The translations under genes were made by a program, and so were the position numbers. From a virus: a DNA stretch of 64,000 bases. The notes below the pieces were generated by a model. That model was not told where the DNA came from. It saw only the letters and a program-made list of their open reading frames with translations, and made no database searches. The stretch covers positions 34,930-98,929 of the IMG/VR virus record IMGVR_UViG_3300042889_002115; one strand, 5' to 3'. Shown in pieces: positions 18,980-26,845 of this stretch (position 1 is the first letter of the stretch; each line of letters starts with the position of its first letter).

Positions 18980-19210
18980 ATGATAAAGATTACTTCTGGT
19001 CGATCCTTTCGAACAATCAAGTCTGGCGATCCTGACTGGCATTTCAGTCCCAATGAATTTACTTTGGTGCCACGTGCTGGTTTTGAAATCAGTGAAAAAT
19101 GTCCAAAAGAATATCGAATGATCCTTGCAGATTGTATCAACTACGGCTGGATCAAACCCGTTGCCCACATGCAAGATTCTGAATACACCTGGGAGTTATT
19201 GAAAAAATGA
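18980..19210 (+). CDS. Hypothetical protein
   Basis: PRAGFEI...CP.EY...GWIKPVA. Confidence 0.7.
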   Translation: MIKITSGRSFRTIKSGDPDWHFSPNEFTLVPRAGFEISEKCPKEYRMILADCINYGWIKPVAHMQDSEYTWELLKK

Positions 19211-19605
19211 GCATGCACCTACATCATCCTAGTCTTAGTCTTAATGGCAAGCGCAAAGGCAAAGTAAAGTTTCGCAATGCAGCCGAAGCACAACGAGCAC
19301 GAGAACTTGACGCCAGCTGGAAAGAGATCCTCAAAGCTCAGGGTGTTGCAGACGAGCAGCGCAAACGTACACGGGCCATGAAAGCAGAACCCTTGCAATA
19401 CAATCTCTCTTCGGTTAATGACCGTGCCAACACACGACACATTCCCAGCCTGGATACAGGACACTCTGGTGCTTTGCGTACCAAGGATATTCCCAAGTAC
19501 ACCGGCACAAAGATTCTGGGCATTGGTACCATGCACAAATCAAATGCAGTGCCTGTGTTCAGCGAAGAAGAAGCACATGACATCGCAACCATGCGCCGTG
19601 GCTAA
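19207..19605 (+). CDS. Conserved T4-like phage hypothetical protein
   Basis: YTGTKILGIGTMHKSNAVPVFS...DIATMRR. Confidence 0.8.
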   Translation: MSMHLHHPSLSLNGKRKGKVKFRNAAEAQRARELDASWKEILKAQGVADEQRKRTRAMKAEPLQYNLSSVNDRANTRHIPSLDTGHSGALRTKDIPKYTGTKILGIGTMHKSNAVPVFSEEEAHDIATMRRG

Positions 19606-19840
19606 ACACACAGTGAGAACGCATTACCCTTGGGCAGAGGTACTGAGTTACTTGCAGGAACATGTGGGTGTGTTGCTGCATTCTCAACCTATAATATTTT
19701 GGCACGGTCGAGGCTGGCACATGAAAGCCGGCACCTCACATAGACAAGTAGCACCAAGAGGCACTGTGGGAACTAGTTTTTATGATGTCACCTTTGATGA
19801 TCCCAAGCAGGCAGTGGCCTTTGCACTAAAGTGGGCATGA
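19598..19840 (+). CDS. Small protein, LKW paralog family
   Basis: VTFDDPKQAVAFALKWA; GTG start. Confidence 0.65.
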   Translation: MAKHTVRTHYPWAEVLSYLQEHVGVLLHSQPIIFWHGRGWHMKAGTSHRQVAPRGTVGTSFYDVTFDDPKQAVAFALKWA

Positions 19841-20004
19841 AATTTTTCCGTAAAGTAAAAATACCCGAAGCATACGCTCGTATAGAGTGGTGTCGTATGA
19901 CGTTGGGTCGCGAGCGCAAAAGTGGCAATTGGTGGCGTCATCGAGGACATATCTACTTCAAAGATGAACAAGCATTTGTATTTTACACATTGAAATGGGC
20001 ATGA
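19837..20004 (+). CDS. Small protein, LKW paralog family (55 aa, not in ORF track)
   Basis: EWCRMTLG...NWW...IYFKDEQAFVFYTLKWA; ATGA overlaps at both ends. Confidence 0.7.
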   Translation: MKFFRKVKIPEAYARIEWCRMTLGRERKSGNWWRHRGHIYFKDEQAFVFYTLKWA

Positions 20005-20324
20005 TAAAGAAACAAGCCATTGCTGCGGGCAGACAATTTGGTAAGACTGGTTTGACAACCGACCAAATTTGGTGGAACGACATGTGGAACAACACTCCAC
20101 GACTCGAAACTGGCTATGCCTTCAATCAACCCAAATGGCCCTATTGGGTCAAGCCGTGTAACTACTCTGCCGAAGAGTGGTTGGATATGACTAATTGGAT
20201 GGTAGAAACATTTGGTGATACTGACTGGTCTACTCCCGGTGGGCGCTGGGTAGGCAGCGATAGAAAATTCTGGTTCCGTGATGCAGCCGATAGAACCTTG
20301 TTCTTGTTGAAATGGTCACGATGA
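20001..20324 (+). CDS. Small protein, LKW paralog family
   Basis: WMVETFG...RW...FWFRDAADRTLFLLKWS. Confidence 0.7.
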   Translation: MIKKQAIAAGRQFGKTGLTTDQIWWNDMWNNTPRLETGYAFNQPKWPYWVKPCNYSAEEWLDMTNWMVETFGDTDWSTPGGRWVGSDRKFWFRDAADRTLFLLKWSR

Positions 20325-21145
20325 ACAGGTGGGCCAAGTTACTGGCAACATCAGCCTTGATCATGTGCGGAAATGTGCAAGCCAAGCCAAGTATCTGGGT
20401 GTACAATCAAACTCAAGACACAATTGTTTTCAATCAAAATGTCAACACAGTTAGACCAATTGCATCTATTACCAAATTGATGACAGCCATGGTGGCCTTG
20501 GACCATGACCCTGCGCTTGCTCGTAGCATAAAACTCATCAACCGTGTGGGCAGTAGCTTGCCAAACGGGCATTACACTCGACGTCAGTTGTTTGATGCTA
20601 TGCTGGTACGCAGTGACAACGCAGCAGCCGAAACACTGGCAGAAGACTTTCCCGGCGGCAGAGCGGCTTTTGTCCGAGCCATGAATCGTCGGGCTCGTGC
20701 CCTGGGCATGACCGGCACTAGATTTCAAGATCCCTCAGGACTGAGCCGAAGCAATGTGGGCACCGCAGGAGACATAGGCACCTTGGTCACAGCCGCTGGC
20801 AAATACGCACTCATACGAGAAATCAGTGTGCAGCAACAAGTTCGGATTGAGTCACACTTTAAACAGCGTGTTCGAATCATTTCTTTGCCCAATACCAATC
20901 AGCCCGTGTTGTTTAGTTTTGACAACATACAGGTCAGCAAAACAGGATTTACTAATCCTGCTGGTTGGTGTGTGGCTCTGCTGGTGGAACGCAACAAGCA
21001 GACATTTGCTGTGGTGGTATTGGGGTCCGAAAACAAGTCTCGCAGACTTGACACAGTAAGAAATCTAATGTATAATCATATTAATGATGCAGCAGAATTG
21101 CCCGCGGTGGACGATCCCAGCATCATACCGGAGATAAGATGGTAG
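20321..21145 (+). CDS. D-alanyl-D-alanine carboxy/endopeptidase (peptidase S11, PBP7-like), secreted
   Basis: Signal peptide; ASITK (SxxK), SDN (SxN), KTG. Confidence 0.92.
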   Translation: MNRWAKLLATSALIMCGNVQAKPSIWVYNQTQDTIVFNQNVNTVRPIASITKLMTAMVALDHDPALARSIKLINRVGSSLPNGHYTRRQLFDAMLVRSDNAAAETLAEDFPGGRAAFVRAMNRRARALGMTGTRFQDPSGLSRSNVGTAGDIGTLVTAAGKYALIREISVQQQVRIESHFKQRVRIISLPNTNQPVLFSFDNIQVSKTGFTNPAGWCVALLVERNKQTFAVVVLGSENKSRRLDTVRNLMYNHINDAAELPAVDDPSIIPEIRW

Positions 21146-21528
21146 AAAATAAATTGTCAATTTGGGAACAGCAAGAAATTGTGCGACTGCTCAAGGGAGC
21201 GCCAGGCACACAGTATCAAGCAGCAGATGATGCCAACAAAATGATCATGCGAGATTGGATAAAGAGTTTGCTGCAAGCATCCACAATTACAGTACAGTTT
21301 ACCAAGGCTGATGGCACGGTACGGGACATGCAATGCACACTAAATCCTGAACAACTGCCAGACATGGTCACAACCGGCCCGGTGGACGGTATTGTTGTGG
21401 AATCTGCCAGGCCTCGAAAAGTACCTGATCCACACAGTTTGCGAGTGTTTGATGTAGAAAAACAAGAATGGCGCAGTTTTAGATTTGATCGTTTGCTCAA
21501 GATCACAGCTGAACTAAAGTTTGAATGA
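21139..21528 (+). CDS. WYL_2/Sm-like SH3 barrel protein
   Basis: VQFTKADGTVRDMQCTL...VFDVEKQEWRSFR. Confidence 0.8.
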   Translation: MVENKLSIWEQQEIVRLLKGAPGTQYQAADDANKMIMRDWIKSLLQASTITVQFTKADGTVRDMQCTLNPEQLPDMVTTGPVDGIVVESARPRKVPDPHSLRVFDVEKQEWRSFRFDRLLKITAELKFE

Positions 21529-21956
21529 GACACTTGTATTTTGCATATGGCATGAATACACACCTAGATCAAATGGCTCAGCGTTGTCCTGGTGCCGAAG
21601 TTGTGGGCGTGGCTGAGCTACAGGACTATGCTCTAGAGTTTGCTTACCACTGCAATGTCACCCCTGTGCCCGGATCAAGCGTGCCAGGTCTGCTGTGGAC
21701 CATAACTGATCAGGATCTGGAAGCACTGGATTGGGTCGAAGGATATCCTGTCTATTACGATCGTTTACAAGTGCCAGTTGCGGTCAACGGGATTGTACTC
21801 AACGCTGTGGTGTATGTTATGACGGGCAAAACACAGCCATGCCCGCCCGGACAGGGATACTTGGACCTGGTGCGAACTGGCTATGCCCAGAACAAAATAA
21901 ATCAAACACAGCTGGATCTGGCATTAAATAAAAGCTATGAACTATACACTGTTTAA
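21525..21956 (+). CDS. Gamma-glutamylcyclotransferase-family protein
   Basis: LYFAYGMN...RCP...[11 protein letters not shown]. Confidence 0.88.
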   Translation: MRHLYFAYGMNTHLDQMAQRCPGAEVVGVAELQDYALEFAYHCNVTPVPGSSVPGLLWTITDQDLEALDWVEGYPVYYDRLQVPVAVNGIVLNAVVYVMTGKTQPCPPGQGYLDLVRTGYAQNKINQTQLDLALNKSYELYTV

Positions 21957-21958
21957 CT

Positions 21959-22177
21959 GTGGCTAAAGAAACGACCATCAACATGGAAGGTAAAGTGGAA
22001 GAAATTCTTCCGGCTGCTATGTTCCGCATCCGACTGGACGTGAATCAAAGCATGGTCCTGGGTCATCTAAGTGGCCGCATGCGAACCAACAACATCAAGG
22101 TACTGCTGGGAGATCGTGTGGAAATGGAATTTTCACCATACGATCTCACTCGTGGGCGTATTACCCGTCGCAAATAA
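21959..22177 (+). CDS. infA: Translation initiation factor IF-1
   Basis: MAKE...EG.V.E.LP.AMFR...HLSGRMR...[18 protein letters not shown]. Confidence 0.96.
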   Translation: MAKETTINMEGKVEEILPAAMFRIRLDVNQSMVLGHLSGRMRTNNIKVLLGDRVEMEFSPYDLTRGRITRRK

Positions 22178-22180
22178 ATA
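22175..22180 (+). promoter_or_regulatory. Late promoter motif TAAATA (leaderless geometry)
   Basis: 5 nt before ATG 22186; the motif recurs before most structural genes. Confidence 0.7.
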
Positions 22181-22185
22181 CTAGT

Positions 22186-22734
22186 ATGACCATCAGACAA
22201 ACCATTGACCTAATAGAAGCGTCCACTCGCCCGGCCAAGCTGGAAACCACTCCTTTGCCCTATGGCGAAAAGGATCTGGACCCTGTATTGAGTGCAGACA
22301 GCATCAACTATCACTACGGCCACCTGGCCCGGGGCTATGCCAAACGCTACAATGCAGGAGAAGGCAATGCAGATTTTAATCGTGCTGGTAGTTTTCTACA
22401 CAATAAATTTTTCCCCCAGCTTAGGGCTCCCAAGGGCGCCAATCGTCCCAGGGGAGCAGTACTTGAACTTATAGAGACCAACTTCAAAACATACGAAGAC
22501 TTCAAAGAAGAGTTCAAACAAACTGCCATGAAGATCCAAGGATCAGGCTGGGTGTATTTGAGCACAGGTGGAGCAATCAAAACAATTGCCAACCATGCAG
22601 TTCGTACTGATATCTGTGTGCTGGTGGACTGGTGGGAACATGTGTGGGCCACAGATTACCAGTGGGACAAAGAAGCATACCTTGATAATATCTGGAAGAT
22701 TATCAACTGGGACGTTTGCAACGAAAGACTGTAA
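22186..22734 (+). CDS. Compact Fe/Mn superoxide dismutase-like protein with N-terminal leader
   Basis: LPY..LDP...YHYG, FLHNKFF, GSGW, DWWEH; extra [11 protein letters not shown] leader. Confidence 0.85.
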   Translation: MTIRQTIDLIEASTRPAKLETTPLPYGEKDLDPVLSADSINYHYGHLARGYAKRYNAGEGNADFNRAGSFLHNKFFPQLRAPKGANRPRGAVLELIETNFKTYEDFKEEFKQTAMKIQGSGWVYLSTGGAIKTIANHAVRTDICVLVDWWEHVWATDYQWDKEAYLDNIWKIINWDVCNERL

Positions 22735-23054
22735 TGAATATTTTACCTGGTGCTGTGACCAAACTTCAAGAATTGTTTGCTGAAGAAAACAATCCCAATC
22801 TCAAACTTCGTGTGTTTGTGCAAGGTGGCGGCTGTTCAGGATTCAGCTATGGATTCACATTTGACGAAGTTCAAGCTGAAGACGACTTTGACTTTGTGGC
22901 TGAAGACGTCAAGGTTCTGGTAGATGCCATGAGCATGCAGTATCTTCAAGGTTCTGATATTGACTACAAGGAAGATGCCATGGGCTCCAGCTTTGTGATC
23001 AACAATCCTCAAGCGGCCAGCACCTGCGGCTGCGGATCAAGTTTTAGCGTTTAA
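22734..23054 (+). CDS. erpA: A-type Fe-S cluster carrier (HesB/IscA/ErpA)
   Basis: [19 protein letters not shown]...[12 protein letters not shown]. Confidence 0.93.
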   Translation: MNILPGAVTKLQELFAEENNPNLKLRVFVQGGGCSGFSYGFTFDEVQAEDDFDFVAEDVKVLVDAMSMQYLQGSDIDYKEDAMGSSFVINNPQAASTCGCGSSFSV

Positions 23055-23243
23055 CCAAGCGGTGTACTCTGTTGCAAGAGGATGTGTCAGCACTTGCTGA
23101 CCAGTTGCATGACCAATCAGTGGCAATCCTGGCATGATTTTATCTAGTAACGTGGCATGTTCAGAAATTATCTGAAACAATACATGTTTCTCATCTTGCG
23201 GTAATCCAATGATAGTCTGGGTAATGGTCGGTATTGTGTACAT
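23037..23243 (-). CDS. Small hypothetical protein
   Basis: Directly follows 23246..25081 on the minus strand. Confidence 0.5.
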   Translation of the reverse strand: MYTIPTITQTIIGLPQDEKHVLFQIISEHATLLDKIMPGLPLIGHATGQQVLTHPLATEYTAWLNAKT

Positions 23244-23245
23244 TT

Positions 23246-25081
23246 TTATTTCCGTGTAAATAATTTTCCTAGCCCGGCAACTGTCCTGAGAGCCACAAAT
23301 ACTGGTATAAGCATCAGTCCCTTGCCAAACCCAGCTGGACGTTTACTTGGACCCATCACCCGCTGCCAGACACCAACTACTTTACATATTGGAGTTCCCA
23401 CAGCCATTATGGCTTTGCCTGTTGCATTACTTGATTCTCTACAACCCATTTGATAGGCCATTTCTTCGGCCCAGGGTGTGGCAATTTCTTGTGCCCAACT
23501 GGTTGACCAACGTTGAGTAATTTCACGTCTACGTTGCTCTGACAACCAAGGCATCATGTTGGGACCATTGCCGTCCATCCAGTCAACCACAATTTCTGCC
23601 CAGGCACGATATCCGTTGTAAAGGTCTGGATGGGATTTCACTAGATCCGCACCAAATGCTTGATCGGCTTCGTAGATCTCTTTGCTCATTAATCCAAGCT
23701 CGTGTAGTTTGGTACAAATGATCTTGCCGCCGCCACCACCGCCACCTTGGCCCCCTATTCCTTCTCTTGGGTTTATGCCAAATCGACCTGGCACGTTGCT
23801 GAATCCTGGTGCTTCAGATCCGTTGATAGTAGCCCAGTCCCCGTCTTTTTTAATATAAGTTGATTGTACCGGTTGCCAAACGTTGTTTAATTTTACATAA
23901 GTTTGAGTCACTGGTTGGAAAGATACACCGTCATGCACAAAAGTTCCTGGTACTTCAAATTCAAAAACTGCAAAGCCTGGCACTCCACCGCCACCACCAA
24001 AGGATCCGCCCCGACCGGCCCTACCGGGATAGTAAGAGTTGGTTGTGCCGCCAGGTTGAAGGCCCACAGGATCTTGAAAATCACCTGAACTCAGACCAAA
24101 TGCACCTGCAAATCCTCCTGTGTCACCGCCTGGAGTAGTTCCGCCATTGCCGCCAGCCCAGCCCCCACCACCACCACCACCGCCGCCACCGTCTCCTGAT
24201 TTGTTGGTACCGTTTTGTCCAGCATTATCTCCTACTGCGGCCTGACCACGATCTCCTGGCGCAGTTTGACCTATTGCTGCGCCAGTATTGCCACCGCCAC
24301 CACCACCTGCACCGCCACCTGCTGCGCCAATTGGCACACCATTTAGTAAAATCACAGTACCGCCACCACCACCACCGCCAGCGCCCGAAGTACCAGAGCC
24401 GCCTGCGTTGCCACCACGACCGCCACTGTAGGCGACGCCTTGGTTGATAGTCAATGCCACAGCTCCTGGTCCGCCAGTGTTGGTTCCTAAAATTCTTATG
24501 GAATGATTGCCTGCAGACACCGGTATGCTGATAGTGAATTCGTTAGTATAGTTGTTGGCAAAAAACGCTGATGTGCCGTCAATAAAAAATTGAGCAGAGT
24601 TGTCAGCTGATGCTGTAAATTGATAGTCGCCTGACACTGGAAAATTCACAGTGTAGGTTCGATCAAATACAGCCGCACTAGTTGGGTTTACCCAAACACC
24701 GTAGGTGTTTAAGAATGTGCAATAGGCTGAATTGAACTGTTTGAATACTGGCGGGCTAGCAGCATTGTCAATGGTGTTAAAATCGCTTGATTCAAGGAGA
24801 CTGGCCCCAGCAAAACCACCGCCTGCGCCACGTTGTCCACTTGCACCCGGCCCACCGCCTTCGCCAACTGCAACCTCAAGCACATCGCCAACATTGATGG
24901 TAAATTGCACTGGTGTGAATCCGGCGCCACATCCGTTCCCGCCTCGGTTAGAGTCATTGCCACCACCACCACCACCGCCTCCCCATAGATAAGCAGTTAC
25001 TGGAACGTTGTTACCTTGCGCCCAGATCAACTGTTGCAAAGAGCCAGTATAGCCGGCTGGTCTGACTACGATTTTTCCCAT
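23246..25081 (-). CDS. Glycine-rich tail/receptor-binding protein with PA14-like insert and C-terminal 'KIICT' domain
   Basis: Poly-Gly tracts; YQFTASADNSAQFFIDG; YVKLNNVW..V...YIK; G7-KIICT. Confidence 0.65.
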   Translation of the reverse strand: MGKIVVRPAGYTGSLQQLIWAQGNNVPVTAYLWGGGGGGGGNDSNRGGNGCGAGFTPVQFTINVGDVLEVAVGEGGGPGASGQRGAGGGFAGASLLESSDFNTIDNAASPPVFKQFNSAYCTFLNTYGVWVNPTSAAVFDRTYTVNFPVSGDYQFTASADNSAQFFIDGTSAFFANNYTNEFTISIPVSAGNHSIRILGTNTGGPGAVALTINQGVAYSGGRGGNAGGSGTSGAGGGGGGGTVILLNGVPIGAAGGGAGGGGGGNTGAAIGQTAPGDRGQAAVGDNAGQNGTNKSGDGGGGGGGGGGWAGGNGGTTPGGDTGGFAGAFGLSSGDFQDPVGLQPGGTTNSYYPGRAGRGGSFGGGGGVPGFAVFEFEVPGTFVHDGVSFQPVTQTYVKLNNVWQPVQSTYIKKDGDWATINGSEAPGFSNVPGRFGINPREGIGGQGGGGGGGKIICTKLHELGLMSKEIYEADQAFGADLVKSHPDLYNGYRAWAEIVVDWMDGNGPNMMPWLSEQRRREITQRWSTSWAQEIATPWAEEMAYQMGCRESSNATGKAIMAVGTPICKVVGVWQRVMGPSKRPAGFGKGLMLIPVFVALRTVAGLGKLFTRK

Positions 25082-25084
25082 ATA

Positions 25085-26755
25085 TTAAATTTGATACCAA
25101 ATGTCACCGTCTTGTCCGCCTGTGGGCGATGATGTACTTACATAACGTGTGCCGTATCCATTACTATTGGTGGCGATGCTTAGTGTACGATCAGTAACAA
25201 GACTACCGCCGCCAGCAAGGCCAGCACCTGCTATAATTTGTGTACTACTTCCAGCAGCAGCAAGACTGGTTCTTGCACCTGCAGCAGTGTTGGCTCCGGT
25301 TCCGCCATCGGCTATGGCCAAAGAAATAATACCACTGATGGAGCCACTGGTAATAGTTACATTGGCACCATTGAACTGAGTAATCCCTACCATGGTGCCG
25401 CCTGTGATTCCCACAGCATTGGCATTTTGTGTTGAGATACTGCCAAGTCCAAGTCCTGCCCGTGCACCTGGTTGGTCGGTGCCGCTTGTGCCACCCGACG
25501 ACACTGCTAGTGGGGTATTGAGTCCAGAAATATTGCCACCAATGATATTGATGTTGTCTGCATTTTGCGTAGACACAGTGCCCAACCCAATATTTATACG
25601 AGCATTGGCAGCATTGGTGGCACCCGTGCCACCAGATATTATTGCAAGTGGAGACGTTAGATTGCTAATAGCACTATTGGTAATAGAAATGTTATCTAAG
25701 GTACCACCGGTGATAGTAATTTCGCCTGAATTTTGAGTAGCAATATTTCCCAGCCCTAGATTGATCCTGGCATCAGCAGCAGTATTTGAACCAGTTCCTC
25801 CAAATGCAATCGACAGCGGAGAAATACCTGTGATGGTTCCGCCTGTGATGGCTACTGCGTTAGAATTTTGCTGACTCATTGTGGGCAAGTTTGAAGCTGT
25901 TTGTTGCACAAACTGTGTAGTAGCAATTTGAGTTGTACTGGTTCCCACTGCAGCAGTGGGTGCAATGGGTGTGCCTGTAAATGCAGGACTGACTTTTTCG
26001 CCTTGCACAAAAGCAGTTGTTGCAATTCTGGTACTAGAGTCACCTGTAGCGGCTGTGGTAGCAGTGGGAGTACCAGTTAATACAGGACTAATTTTTTGTA
26101 ACTGAACAAACTCTGTAGTGGCCAACTGTGTGGTATTGGCAGTGGCAGTTGCAGTGGGCGCTGTGGGTATGCCTGCAAATTGCGGGCCAGCTGTGACAAA
26201 AGCTGTAGTGGCCAACTGTGTGGTGTTGGTTCCCGCAGCGGCTGTGGGCGCTGTGGGTATGCCTGCAAATTGCGGGCCAGCTGTGACAAAAGCTGTAGTG
26301 GCCAACTGTGTGGTGTTGGTTCCCGCAGCGGCTGTGGGTGCAACAGGCACACCGACAAATTGCGGGCTGTTGGTCACAAAAGCAGTGGTAGCCACCTGGG
26401 TAGTGGCTGTGCCTGCGGCTGCTGTGGGTGCAGTGGGGGTGCCCGTAAATGCAGGGCTGACTTTTTGTAGTTGCACATATTCTTGTGTAGCCAGTGGAAT
26501 CCACGCATTGCCTGAGCCGTATGTGGAAATCACATCTATAGCATTGTTGTACCACAGTTGTCCCAGTATGGGTTGCAAAGGTGCAGTACTGTTGGCAAAG
26601 TTTTCCAACAAAAACACATAGTTTTCGTTTTCAAAAGTACCGTAGTCAGTAAGGGCTCGTCCTACCAAAGATAGGTCTGTGGCAGTGGTGTTTACTGTGC
26701 CATCTGCTACTACTGCAATGACTTGCCCGCGGCTGTTGTTGATAATATATGACAT
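25085..26755 (-). CDS. Tail fibre protein
   Basis: ENFA...P.QP..GQLWY N-terminus; SP.FTG.PTAPT...TQ.ATT.FV repeats; GGTG......AR.NLG repeats; PTGGQDGDIWY end; GGAG SD and TAAATA (26775-26780) upstream of ATG 26755. Confidence 0.85.
   Translation of the reverse strand: MSYIINNSRGQVIAVVADGTVNTTATDLSLVGRALTDYGTFENENYVFLLENFANSTAPLQPILGQLWYNNAIDVISTYGSGNAWIPLATQEYVQLQKVSPAFTGTPTAPTAAAGTATTQVATTAFVTNSPQFVGVPVAPTAAAGTNTTQLATTAFVTAGPQFAGIPTAPTAAAGTNTTQLATTAFVTAGPQFAGIPTAPTATATANTTQLATTEFVQLQKISPVLTGTPTATTAATGDSSTRIATTAFVQGEKVSPAFTGTPIAPTAAVGTSTTQIATTQFVQQTASNLPTMSQQNSNAVAITGGTITGISPLSIAFGGTGSNTAADARINLGLGNIATQNSGEITITGGTLDNISITNSAISNLTSPLAIISGGTGATNAANARINIGLGTVSTQNADNINIIGGNISGLNTPLAVSSGGTSGTDQPGARAGLGLGSISTQNANAVGITGGTMVGITQFNGANVTITSGSISGIISLAIADGGTGANTAAGARTSLAAAGSSTQIIAGAGLAGGGSLVTDRTLSIATNSNGYGTRYVSTSSPTGGQDGDIWYQI
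26107..26430 (-). repeat. 90-bp (30 aa) coding tandem repeat in the tail fibre
   Basis: CTGTGGGTATGCCTGCAAAT at 26161 and 26251; about two identical plus degenerate copies. Confidence 0.9.
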
Positions 26756-26774
26756 TAATTGCTCCGAATACGTG

Positions 26775-26824
26775 TATTTAGTACTTGACAGGTTGTTGCT
26801 GTAGCACAAAACTTTTGGTAAATA
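26775..26824. promoter_or_regulatory. Divergent pair of late promoters
   Basis: TATTTA 26775-26780 (minus) and TAAATA 26819-26824 (plus). Confidence 0.75.
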
Positions 26825-26845
26825 CAATCAACAGGAATTTCAAAC

